Shown here piece after piece: positions 1-12,058 of a DNA stretch of 64,000 bases (the first letter of the stretch is position 1; every line of letters starts with the position of its first letter). The notes under the pieces were generated by a model that saw nothing but the letters and a program-made list of their open reading frames with translations, ran no database searches and had not been told where the DNA came from. The position numbers and the translations under genes were made by a program. Source of the stretch: Octopus vulgaris (taxonomy: Eukaryota); the NCBI GenBank assembly GCA_951406725.2, contig OX597817.1, forward strand, positions 1,178,001 through 1,242,000. The letters are read 5' to 3'.

Positions 1-290
<290 letters not shown>

Positions 291-540
291 TCCATCATTT
301 TTGCTATTGAAAAACACCATTATACTTCTCCCGTTGTCTCGTTCTCTGTTCACTGATTAATTTCAAGTATTTCCGATATTATCGTTACTTTAACCAAACA
401 GGCATTCATTCACGCGCACCTCGATCAGTGTGTGTGATTTATCTGTGCAGAAATATATACACTGTGCGTGTGTATTCATAGTTATGTATTCATGACTGTG
501 TGAATAAAATCATGCCCAGAGGTATACGAATGTAAGTATG

Positions 541-581
<41 letters not shown>

Positions 582-636
582 GCATGCATGAGGTGTGTTT
601 AGTATTTGTTGTGTATACGCATTTGTGCGTTTAAGC

Positions 637-667
<31 letters not shown>

Positions 668-915
668 ATACACATACTTACTGGAATGGTACAATGCTTA
701 CACGCATACATTATTCGGATAGGTGCGAGGTGTGTATGTATGCATGTATCTATACACACGTGCATATACACGTAAGTATGTATGAATGTGTGTGAGTGTG
801 CGTCTGGGTGTGTAAGTATATATATATATTATATGTATACACATGTGCAAGCTTACATGCTTATTTATATATATATATATGTACGAATGTGTATATATAC
901 ACATAATCATATATA

Positions 916-956
<41 letters not shown>

Positions 957-1826
957 ATGTATATATATAAATGCGTTTTATATGCTTAGTACCAGTTTTG
1001 TTTTGTGCTCATCTACATACATATACATATACACGCGCATGCATATATTTGTGTGCTAGTGTCTTTTTTTTAAAATTTATGCTTGTGGATATTATAATGT
1101 CTTACTATCTGCCATACTAACAGTGTTCGTGTGTATAAATATGTTTGCATTCATTCATGTGTGTGCATACACATGTGTGTTTGTGTGCATGTGTGTTTGT
1201 GTGCATGTGCGTGTGTATGAGAATATATGTTTGAAAATTGTGTTGGGAGCATTATTCATTTACATTTTTTCCCCCCCAAAGCACTGTTCTTCATAATCAA
1301 ATAATATCCTAGACAAGAGAGTTTCTTAAAAAAATTACTTCAAAACAAGTATTTTCTCCATTTTCCATTAATTTTAATGGATTTATTAAAACCCAAGAAA
1401 AGAAAAATATTGGGAGACCTATATAGGCATCAACTGTACCACGATATTCTAAAATATTGTTGTCGAGCAGAAAAAGGAATTATTTTCAGATATACATCTC
1501 TCCGCCAACTACTTTTGCTGTCGACAATAATAATAGACAATCAGTAGATTAGGGAGTGAGTTGTTAAAACGACAATGTTATAGAACAGATGGTTTATAGA
1601 ATGCAGTTTCATACTTCGTTTTAGATTCTGTGTTCAAATTCTGCTATGATCCGTTTTGCATTTCAGTTTGATAGAAGAGTTGTTTTCTTCTGCTGGTGTC
1701 TATTCAATCGACTCTATCGTTCTTAGTATTACAGATTTATATGGTTTCGTGCGACTGACTGGAATATTAGTCATTCAGTAATCGCGCTCTGAGCTCAGGT
1801 GAATTGAAGACAAAATCGGTAAAGTA

Positions 1827-2386
1827 TTGGGATGTCCGGAAAGTTCGTGCCGATTTATAGTAGCTTACCTTTCGACTTATTTTAGAACATGGTTGAGTCC
1901 ATAAAATAGAATTTGACTACAGCTCCATTTAGAGAACAGTTTAAGCTATCTTTTCGTGAAAGAAGATTCCTATAACCTGTGTTAATTCTATAACCCTTTA
2001 AAATGGAAGTTAAGAAAGTTCATTTTCGGCACTTGATGATTTGGGAACTAGACAAAAATTGCTGCAGTTCGGCTGGGATGTTTTTCCCCACCATCCATAT
2101 TCACCAGATATTGCTCCTTTGGATTTCCACTTATTCAGGTCTCTGCAGAATAGTCTTAATTGTAAAAATTTCAATTCCTTGGATGACGTAAAAAGATATC
2201 TTCATGAATTCTTTGCCATGAAACCACCTCAATTCTAGAAAGAGGGTATTTTCAAGTTAAAGGAAAGATGGAGATACATTGTGCAACAAAATGGTTCATA
2301 TTTGGTTGATTAAAAATGTAATGACAAGTATTTAATAATTTTTTTCTTTCCTTTAAAAATCGACACGAACTTTCCGGACAACCCAA
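1827..2386 (+). mobile_element. Internally deleted (non-autonomous) mariner element
   Basis: TIRs TTGGGATGTCCGGAAAGTTCGTGCCGATTT and AAATCGACACGAACTTTCCGGACAACCCAA are flanked by TA (1825-26, 2387-88). The transposase N-terminus MEVKKVHFRHLMIWE (from 2003) is joined directly to the C-terminal ...HHPYSPDIAPLDFHLF...KERWRYIVQQNGSYLVD. Confidence 0.9.
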
Positions 2387-3377
2387 TACTAACGATGCAG
2401 TCAATAGGCTGGCAGTTTGTATCGAAGTAACGAAGACGTATAACTGTTGACAGTCGAACATGGCTAATCTTGCGTAGCTTCTTTGTGTAAGCAAAGATAT
2501 CAGCGTATAATTCACGAGTAATATACATTGGATTAGAGAGTTAAATTCAATTCTTTAAAAGCTGACAAGTTTTATACCTTTGAACAGGCGTGTATCTAAT
2601 CTACTTCTTTCGTTGTCATTAATAGCCATGGATGAAGATCTTAGTTGATATCTCACCGGCACAGCTAAGATCCAAGCTTCGACAGTATGAAATGGTATGG
2701 AGGACAGGTTGTTACCTATGCACGTCACCAATGGATCCAAAGGAACAGTATGGCCTTTACAATTTGGAACCAGTGTCATCGCAGAAGTTACGAGTAAGAA
2801 GTTGAAGACAGCGTCGAACTACCTTAGGGGCTCAGACTCCTGGTTTTTCCTCAGGGTTTACTCCCGAAACTTTGTATGGCCGCAAGATAGCAGAGGTTTG
2901 AAATCAGGGTTTCCCTAAATGGGTTGTCCTCCCATCCAGGCAACGAGCTCCATCTACCCGACTGACTTACTAATTAACCTACAACTGAGGCCCTGATAGA
3001 TGCTACTACTGCAGGTCGGAGTAAACCTGGGAACAATGGTGGCTAAGAGGTTGTTCCCTACTGCTGAAAACTCTGGAACTCCCGAACCAATACCTCATAC
3101 CTGGATGTTGTTAAAAGTGATATCCAAGACCTCACTTACGTAACATTACGGAAAACAGAGATATGCACCGACCTCGAGCATCGTTGTGATTCAGAAAAAT
3201 ATTATCATCAAATTATTGATGCTAGTAGGATTATATACCAGAGGATATTTAGTATTTCCCTCCTAAGTACTGAGTTAATTTCATCGATCTTTTCTTTCTC
3301 AGTGATAAAATAACATGGTTTTTCATTTTCTTTCTAATCACACAAACGTTTATGTTAATATATTTCATTGACCTAAT

Positions 3378-3590
3378 GCGGCGAGCTGGCAGTTTTGTTA
3401 GTACGCGTTGCAAAATTTAGTAGTATTTAGTCTGCCTTTACGTTCTGAGTTCAAATGCCGCTGGGGTCGACTTTGCCATTCACCCTTTGAGGGTCTACAA
3501 AATAAGAACAAGTGCCAGCTGAGCACTGGGGTCGATATAACCGACCTACCCATTTCCTCGAAATTGCTGGCCTTGTGACAAAATTTAAAA
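3378..3590 (+). mobile_element. SINE family A copy (tRNA-like head)
   Basis: GCGGCGAGCTGGCAG...GTTCTGAGTTCAAAT...GGTCGACTTTGCC... is shared with more than 15 copies in the window. It has a B-box-like GAGTTCAAAT. Confidence 0.8.
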
Positions 3591-5200
3591 CTAGGACATT
3601 TCATAGTTCGTTAATATTCCACACATATGTATTATCACCCATGTAGTATTATCACCCATGTAGTATAAACAGTTCACGCCAGATATGCACTGCAACTGCT
3701 TCCATAAACAGAGACTTCGAGAATATTCGCCACACGAACGATTACCAGGAGAACGCGCCTCAAACCCTTTAAGCCTCACGATATCCCTTGATCAATAACA
3801 AGCATGCATATGTGCTGCCAAAATCGCATCCTTAAAACTAAATATTTCTTTCAGAGTCAGAAAATACTTTAACTTTCATTAAACAAATTGCTGTTCACCT
3901 GCAAAACTGAAGAGCGGCTTACATTAGAGTACCACTGTTCATATATCATGGATGGGCATTTTACTGCACAGATATTTTAGACCGCGTTAAAAAAAAAAAA
4001 GAGTCAGTCAACCGGCGCAACTCGCACCCCAATTCACCATACATCACAATCTCCATCTTCACTGTTTTCTCTCTCTGTTGCTATTTCTCTTAGTCTTTTT
4101 CATCATTATGATACAGAAAACTACTCTTGTGAACTAAGAATCTACACAGCATCTCAGCAGACACCAGTGGATGCTTCATCCTTTTGGTTCCATTTGTCAG
4201 TCTTTATATTTGATTCCTACAGACATCGCACAAAACACTTTATCAATTAAATGTTTCTAACAGTAGAATACGTTTCATCGTTTTATATGAAAAAGAAGAA
4301 AGTCTAGCGTTTCGAACAACTGACCGTCTTCAAGGGGAGGGAGAGATAGAAGTGAAGTGAGAGGGAGAGATAGAGAGAAATACAGATTGATAGAGGGACA
4401 AGAAAAATGTCTTAACATGAGGTATCACATCCTCATGACTTAAAAAATATAACACAGTTTAAACTAATATTTGAATTACTATTTTTCAACGCAGAATATT
4501 GCTACTTTCTTCCTATATTATTGTTTTAGTATATAGTTTTCCCAATCTTTCTCTTAGAACTACACTTTTTTGTATATGTTCTTGTCAAGCCAGACCTATG
4601 ATCAGAAGTATTCCAGTTATGACTATTTCGCTTTTATTGTCAATCGTTGACGTCGTTGGTCAATGCATCTCCTCTTTTTTAAGAGAGTAGGCTATGATTT
4701 GAGGGAGTCTCTAGCATCTCGATCGATATTCCTTGATAGTTCATTTTCCTTGCACGTTTTTTCCACTAGGCATCAACCTACAGAAATCGAAGCTGAACAA
4801 CAACTGTATCGATCTCACTACATTTGGAAAGCTTGCCGATTACTTGCATTGGCTCTCCTCCTAGTAATAAATGCTAAACATTCAATGTGGTAGAAATAGC
4901 AGCTAAATGTTCTCAAATCACAGCTTACCATCTTAAATGAAGGACACATTGGACAATACAGTGTTAGTTATAGAGAATCTTACCGAGGTAAAAGGAAATA
5001 TTGGATGGTGTGGCCTTAGATGACCACATGTAAGTTATATAGTACCAAGGGAAAAGCTTTTGATTATAGGTCTGTTCAATCACAGTTGACCTCGGAATAT
5101 CATTATCGCAAATAATTTCTTTAATATTTACTAAGTAATGTGTATATTCATATATTCATGGCAATATATATATATATATATATATGGGGGAAAAGTATCA

Positions 5201-5265
5201 TGAGTCAATATAGAAAGTCATACCGGTTTCGTCCTCGCTCTTCACTGACTTTCTATGTTGACTCA
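5201..5265 (-). ncRNA. Degenerate minimal type-I hammerhead-like motif in a TA-flanked repeat
   Basis: The minus strand reads 20-nt arm, GUGAAGA, GCGAGGAC, GAAACCGGUA, complementary 20-nt arm. C3 is replaced by G. Confidence 0.5.
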
Positions 5266-5395
5266 CGAAATGATTTTTATACTTTTTAATTCCACCTTAA
5301 ATCATTTATCTGTATGTATATATATCTTTGTTTTTATATTAAAAGAAGTCATTACTTTTATACCTAGTGTGCATTAATCACCCTGTATATATATA

Positions 5396-6686
5396 CAGGG
5401 GTTGGACAAAATAATAGAAGCATCAAGCCTCATAGTATCATAATTTTGAAATATCTATAAAACCGTCAAATGCTTGTTTATATTTATGTTTTTTTTATTC
5501 ATTATTAGTGTTGCTTAATATGGCTTGCTGAAATTACTGTTTCTTTTCAGTTATCATTAGAAAAAGGTAATTAAAATTCATTAAAATGACAGATCTATCG
5601 GACTTTCAAAGAGGTCAAATTGTTGGTGCTTGTAGGGCAGGCGCTAGCGTAACGAAAACAGCCGAAATGTTTCGTGTATCAAGAAGTACTGTCTCGAAAG
5701 TACTGACAGCCTTTGAGAAAGAGGGAAAAACCTCCTCGTCGAAACATAACTCCGGAAGAAAGCTAAAACTTTCAGGTAGGGATCGTCGGTCTCTTACGCG
5801 AATTGTTAGAAAGGATCACAAAAGTACAGCTCCCAAAATTCCTGCAGAGCTTAATGACCACCTCGAGAACCCAGTTTCCACAAAAACTGTTCGCCGGGAG
5901 CAGCACAAAGCCGGATTTCACGGGAGGGCTGCAATCAGAAACCCGCTACTTTCAAAAACAAACGTTGCAAAGCGTTTAGAGTGGAGAAAAAACCTACGGA
6001 ATTGGCCCTTAGAGCAGTGGAAGAATGTTATTTTCTCGGACGAGCCATCCTTTACCTTATTTTCGACCACCGGCCGAGTATACGTGCGGAGACAGCCAAA
6101 AAAAACATTTGACCCAACCCAGACTGCCTTCTTCGAACTGCTAAACGTGGAGGAGGATCAGTGATATGGTGGTGGTGGTGGTGGTGGTGGGGCTATATCT
6201 TGGAAATCCGCCAGCCTAATGGTTTGCCTTCATGGCAGAATTAATAGAAAAGACTATTTAAGCATTTTATCTGATCAAATTCATTCTATGGTTGCAGAAC
6301 TGTTTCCGGGTGGAAACGCAATCGTTTGGATGATAATGCACCAATTTACACAGCTAAAGTTGTTAATGAATGGCACTAGGAGCATTCTAGTGAAGTTGAA
6401 CATCTTACCTGGCCACCACAGTCCCCAGATCTCAAAATTATCGAACATTTACGGTGCATTTTAGTAAAACAAGTAAGGAGTCGATATCCTCCACCATCAT
6501 CACTACAAGAACTAAAGACTGTTTTAGCCGAAGAATGGACAAAAATTCCTTTGGAAACAATTCAGACTTTGTACGAGTCCATACCTCGTAGAATTCAAGC
6601 TGTAATTACTGCCAAAAGCGGTCCTACTCCATGTTAAAATAAATTTGTTTGAAATTTTAAGCTGTCTCCATTATTTTGTCCAACCC

Positions 6687-6689
<3 letters not shown>
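5396..6689 (+). mobile_element. Full-length Tc1-like DNA transposon with DD36E spacing
   Basis: TIRs CAGGGGTTGGACAAAATAAT... and ...ATTATTTTGTCCAACCCCTG, TA on both sides, 1294 bp long. Confidence 0.93.
5586..6637 (+). pseudogene. Tc1-family transposase with frameshifts and stops
   Basis: HTH N-terminus MTDLSDFQRGQIVGA, then VIFSDE, DDNAPIYTAK and WPPQSPDLKIIEHL. Frameshifts lie near 6120 and 6328, with an in-frame TAG near 6377. Confidence 0.9.
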
Positions 6690-6759
<70 letters not shown>

Positions 6760-6829
6760 TACACATATATACATACATACATATATATATATATACATAT
6801 ATCTTTATATATATATATATATATATATA

Positions 6830-7697
6830 ATTTTAATCCAAACGGGAAACAAAAAAACAACAACAAGGGAACAATTACAGTATTATTATTAATAGGCGCT
6901 CAGGAAATGGAAGCAGGGAGGTATGACGTTTCGAGCGGAGCTCTTCGTCGGAAACATAAGGAAGGAAGAGAGAGGAAAGAAAGATCCCGGAGCGGGCAAC
7001 GGAGATAGAGAAAAAAACGGCTGGTGTTAGCAGTAGCACATGGTGAAAGGCGGATGTTTACGATAACAAGAGCAAAGTGGGTTTTTAAAGGCAAAAGAGT
7101 GGAGACAAGGTTGGTAACGCAACAGATGTGTGTGTATGTGTGAGTGTGTGCGTGTGCGTGTGTGTATGTGTGTGTGTGAGGCGAGGTAAAAAAACAAAAA
7201 ATATATGTATGTGTTAGTGTGTGCGTCTGTGTGTAGGCGTGTGAGGTAGGGCGAGACGGTGGTCAGCATAGCAGCAGCATAGCAGACAAAGGTCAGTAGT
7301 GAGAAAAGGGAGGAAGGAGGAAGGGAGGGAGGGGAAGGGGTGGGGGCGTATGTAGCGTGCCAGCGTGTGTTGAGTAGTAGTGTGTGTGTGTGTCCAGTGT
7401 CGTGGTAGTATTAGTGGCGAGTAGATTGAATGTGTGTAAGAGTGATGTATATGTTTAAGCAATGTGTGTATATGTGTGCGCGTGTGTGTAACGAAAAAAA
7501 GGGGGGGGTTAGGAAAAGGACTCCAGCGGAGGGGAAGATGGAAGAGTGGTCCCGCGGAGACGGGCGTGGGAAAACCCAACGACAAGCGACATCCCAGGAA
7601 CGGGCGGGAGGTCTCGTCGGGTCCAAGGGCGAGGTGCATGCGGGCGCATGCGTGCGCGAACCGGCGCAAACGCGTGTGTGCGCGAGCCTGCGAGTAT
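6830..7697 (-). mobile_element. (TA)n-flanked non-coding repeat, probably PLE-derived, carrying an HHR-like motif
   Basis: Bounded by (TA)n at both ends. It contains CCGACGAAGAGCUCCGCUCGAAACGUC on the minus strand at 6925-6951. Confidence 0.5.
6920..6957 (-). ncRNA. Minimal hammerhead-like motif (U4C core)
   Basis: CCGACGA-A-GAGC(UCC)GCUC-GAAAC-GUC with a palindromic ACGU stem III and a weak stem I. Confidence 0.55.
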
Positions 7698-7806
7698 ATA
7701 TATATATGTGTGTGTGTGTATATATATATATATATCTTTATATATATAACCTTTATATTTCATTTTTCATTTTTTCATTTCATCTTTATATATATATATA
7801 TGTATA

Positions 7807-7869
<63 letters not shown>

Positions 7870-9860
7870 GTAAATGGAATATGTGAAAATTATTCGGTAG
7901 CCATGATAAAACTCCGAGTTTATATATATTCCCATAAACTAAACTATTAGGTAGAGTTGTATTGAATGATGTGCACGAAATTTCTCAATGAACTGGAATT
8001 TGTCTTGTAGCGAAAGAAAACATAAACCTAGCGGCAATTGTCCAGGTCTCTCGGAAAAAAAAGAGGAAATGATTTCAAGAAACTGAGTACTAGTTTTACA
8101 GAAATTTTAATTTTCATGCTTAGCAGAAAAACTGATTTTCAGTACCAAAACTAGGTAACAACTACGTATAAGTTTTGGTGTTGCTAGAGCTTTCGGAGAA
8201 GCATAGCCTACTCATTCAAACTTGCTTGATCAGCGAATAACAGTTTATGTAGATATAAAATGTAGGATTATTTTGGGAAGGGTATATGACAAGATGTGAT
8301 TCACCCAGAAGATATAATTTAAAAGCTTGCATTTTCACACTCAGTAAAAACCTCTTTCGCAATCGGTGTCTCGAAGTTTTGTACAGTAAAGACGAATGGT
8401 TGCTCATAATTGTAACATCTTTGTTTTCTTGCTTTTTGCTGTTGTTTTTTTTTTTTTCCACTATTGAAAGTAGGTTTCTTGCACATGTTGTGGTCTCAGG
8501 TGGTTTCACTCTACGCAGCAAATATTAAGGTGCTATATCTTCCTTCCGATAGTTTTACACTTTAAGTTCTCGAAATCTCTTTATCGAGGAACGAAGGATA
8601 TGAAGATTACGCTAAAGATTTCACACGCGCTGACAGAAACGCACACATGAAGAGACACTCGCACCCACACAAACCATATGCGCACACACACACATAAACA
8701 CACATACAACAGCGCAGACTTCACCTTATACATAGAAATAAACATACACCTATATACACACACGAATATCGACACACAAACATTTTTGTCTGTCACCTTT
8801 TGAGCATAATAAAAACAAAAGCAAAAGCAAAACAAAACTAAAACAACGAAACCACCTGCTGTCTTCTCGCTTTCTTTTCGGCGAGGAGAGGTGATAAGAT
8901 TAAGTGAGAATTGCAGTTCCTCATCCTTCACTTTTAACATTTAAACAACGAGAAAAGTTAATAGAAAGACAGCTGAAGGTAGTCTGCTGATCTAATAATA
9001 TTTGAATAGTTTTCAGACATGAGTAGTAAATCTTAAAACTAGAATCATCCGGTCTCTTTCTATCTCGGTGGAGAATTAGCACCGGCTACCCACAGAATGC
9101 ATTCATTATTTACAACTATATATTATTATCTATCACACTATGCAGTATAGTATAGTATGGTGTACTATAGTACTGCTGATAAACTTATTTGGAATTAAAA
9201 TAAAAATAAAAACAACGGCTACTACTTTGATAGTCAGCACAATTTCTCTATCCTCTTAGTAGGGTAGACCTATGATTAAAAAAGGAAAGAAATTCCAGCT
9301 TTGAACATCCTGTCAAATTTGTATTTCGAGAGTTGTCCAATGTGTTTTTTTCTTATATATGACGGTAAGATGTGATCTGAGGGTAATTTACGTGCCATTT
9401 CTTGCAGATCGAGTACTCACACGCAGTTTTTCTTTTTGGTTTTTCTTATGAAAATGTTGAGAAGTGAACTGTTCCTGGTAAATCGATCAAATAACCGAAA
9501 AATGCGTTAGCTGTGAGTTTGTAAATTGTCAGAAAAGACTATTTAGTGCTATAATCTCCCTAATAATCCCAAAAGTTTGATAATCTAATATAATCTCAAA
9601 CTAACTTTCCTGGGTGTGTATCCCTTCCTATCACAAACTAAAGAATAGTTTGTGAGGAGCTCATTTCCATCTCTCGCGATGTTAGTTTTGCAAAATTAAT
9701 TTTTAGTTGTTTGAAATTGCCTTTCCTTTTCTTTCAGATCGCTATAAGTTGCTGTTATACTTATGTATTTTTCTTTCCAACGAAAACGCAAACTTCAATT
9801 TACCGAGAACTCTTCTAAGTACATCATTCCGTAAATCACTCACTATCTGAGTTACATATT

Positions 9861-10798
9861 GTTTTCTACTCTAGGTACAAAGCCCAAAATTTTTGGGGAG
9901 GGCGCCAGTCGATTAGATCAACCCCAGTACGCGAGTGGTACTTAATTTATTAAGGCAGCGAGCTTTAACTTTAGCACGACGGGCGAAATGCTTTGCGGTA
10001 TTTCGTCCACCGCTGCGTTCTGAGTTCAAATTCTGCCGAGGTCAACTTTGCCTTTCATCCTTTCGGGGTCGATAAATTAAGTACTAGTTACGCACCGGGG
10101 TCGATATAATCGACTTAATCCGTTTGTCTGTCCTTGTTAGTCCCCTCTGTGTTAAGCCCCTTGTGGGTAGTAAAGAAATAGGTACTTTATTTATCTACTC
10201 TAGGCACAAGGTCCAAAACTTTTGGGGAGGGGGCCAATCGATTAGATCGACCCCAGTACGCAACTGGTACTTAATTTATCGACCCCGAAAAGATGAAAGG
10301 CAAAGTCGACCTCGGTGGAATTTGAACTCAGAATGTAGCAACGGGCGAAATACCTATTTCTTTACTACCCACAAGGGGCTAAACACAGAGTGGACAAACA
10401 AACGGATTAAGTCGATTATATCGACCCCAGTGCGTAACTGGTACTTATTTAATCGACCCCGAAAGGATGAAAGGCAGAGTCGACCTCGGCGGAATTTGAA
10501 CTCAGAACGTAGCGACAGACGAAATACTGGTAAGCATCTCGCCCGGCGTGCTAACGTTTCTGCCAGCTCACCGCCTTAAAATATTCTTTTCTACTCTAGG
10601 CACAAAGCCCGAAACTTTTGGGGAGGGAGCCAGTCGATTAGATCAGCGCCAGTACGCAACTGGTATTTAATTTATCGACCCCGAAAGGATGAAAGGCGAA
10701 GTCGACCTCGGCGGTATTTGAACTCAGAATGTAGCAAAGGGCGAAATACCGCTAAGCATTTTGCCCGGCATGCTAACGATTCTGCCAACTCGCCGCCT
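9861..10798. mobile_element. Nested cluster of about five SINE family A copies
   Basis: Pieces at about 9861-9950(-), 9953-10180(+), 10195-10354(-), 10355-10577(-) and 10585-10798(-). The whole cluster is flanked by the direct repeat ATCTGAGTTA(C/G)ATATT (9845-9860, 10800-10815). Confidence 0.85.
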
Positions 10799-11144
10799 CA
10801 TCTGAGTTAGATATTACAACAGTTTCGTGGTATATTTCGTAAGAACCTGAATGTGAATATAAAACATGGGATCGTGAACATAGATACATAACATGAGAAC
10901 ATGGTCAATGCTATAGAAGACACAGTATTTGCTCTATAACTTTCTCGATTCAGCAGGTTTATAATCAAGGTCGTTCGTGACCCGAACATCTTACATAAAA
11001 ACAAAATAATCTTAGAATTATATTATCCAGTGTGTGTTTCTTTGCCTGTACTATCAAATAATAGGAGAGATAGTTTTAAAACATTAAAAAATTAATCCAC
11101 TGAAAAATATCTTCATGCTTGGGAGTGAATATTTGTTAGCGGGA

Positions 11145-11310
11145 AAGCGGCGAGCTGGCTGAATCGTTAGCACGCCGGGCAAAATGCTAAGCAGGCTTTA
11201 GTCTGTCTTTATGTTATGGCTCAAATTCCATCGACATTGAGCATTTTAGTCGATGTAATCGACTTAATCCCTTCCCGGAAATAGCTGGCCTTGTGCCAAA
11301 ATTTGAAATC
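11145..11310 (+). mobile_element. SINE family A copy with TSD
   Basis: Family A head. TSD AATATTTGTTAG(C/T)GGGA at 11128-11144 and 11311-11327. Confidence 0.8.
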
Positions 11311-11589
11311 AATATTTGTTAGTGGGATGAGTTTTTGCATTATAGGACAACAACACCACCACCACCACCACCAACAACAACAACTACTACTACTACTACT
11401 ACTACTATTACTACTACTGGATGGCTGTCTCTCGTAGATCGAGAAAGATAGTTTTCTTCAATTTCTTGCTGAAAAACCTGCACAAATGATTTGTTTATAG
11501 CGATCAACTGTAGGTGCTGCACATTACCTCACTCTCTCCATGAAAATCGACGTTGCCTGAACAGGTTGCCCGGTGGACCACACGTTAGG

Positions 11590-11702
11590 TGTCGAAGCGA
11601 TCGCAGGCAACTTTAGAATACAAGGCACCACGCGATCTAGGAATTGAAACCACGATCTCGCGATCGTGAGAGCGCATGGCCTGACCACTCAGGCCGAGCA
11701 CA
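11590..11702 (-). mobile_element. Diverged tRNA-derived SINE head
   Basis: The minus strand reads GGCCTGAGTGGTCAGG...CGTGGTTTCAATTCC, resembling A and B boxes and similar to the head at 45371. Confidence 0.45.
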
Positions 11703-11705
11703 CAC

Positions 11706-12018
11706 TTTACTACTACTACTACTACCACCACCACCACCAACAGCAGCAGCAGCACCACCACCACCACCAGCACTACTACTACTACTACTACTACTACAAC
11801 TCCTTCTCCTCCTCCCCCTCCCCCTCCTCCTCCTCCTCCTACTACATCAGCACCATCCCCTCTCATTCATTTTCACCATTACCATCACCACCACCAGTAT
11901 AACTTCTACACTACCTATCACATTCACAACCTCACCTGCCCCTCCTGCTACTACTACCGCCATCCCTACCACTACTACTGCTAACACTACCACCACCACC
12001 ACCGCCACCGCTACCCCC

Positions 12019-12058
<40 letters not shown>
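11706..12058. repeat. Compound (TAC)/(CAC)/(CAG)/(CTC) trinucleotide repeats
   Basis: Directly visible. Confidence 0.9.

Noticed and set aside
4303-4336. UUGAAGA...CGAAACGCUA on the minus strand as a hammerhead
   Set aside because: Neither stem I nor stem II pairs convincingly.
10124-10579. Recurring peptide STPVRNWYLIYRPRKDERQSRPR
   Set aside because: This is the antisense translation of SINE family A. It recurs wherever the SINE does.
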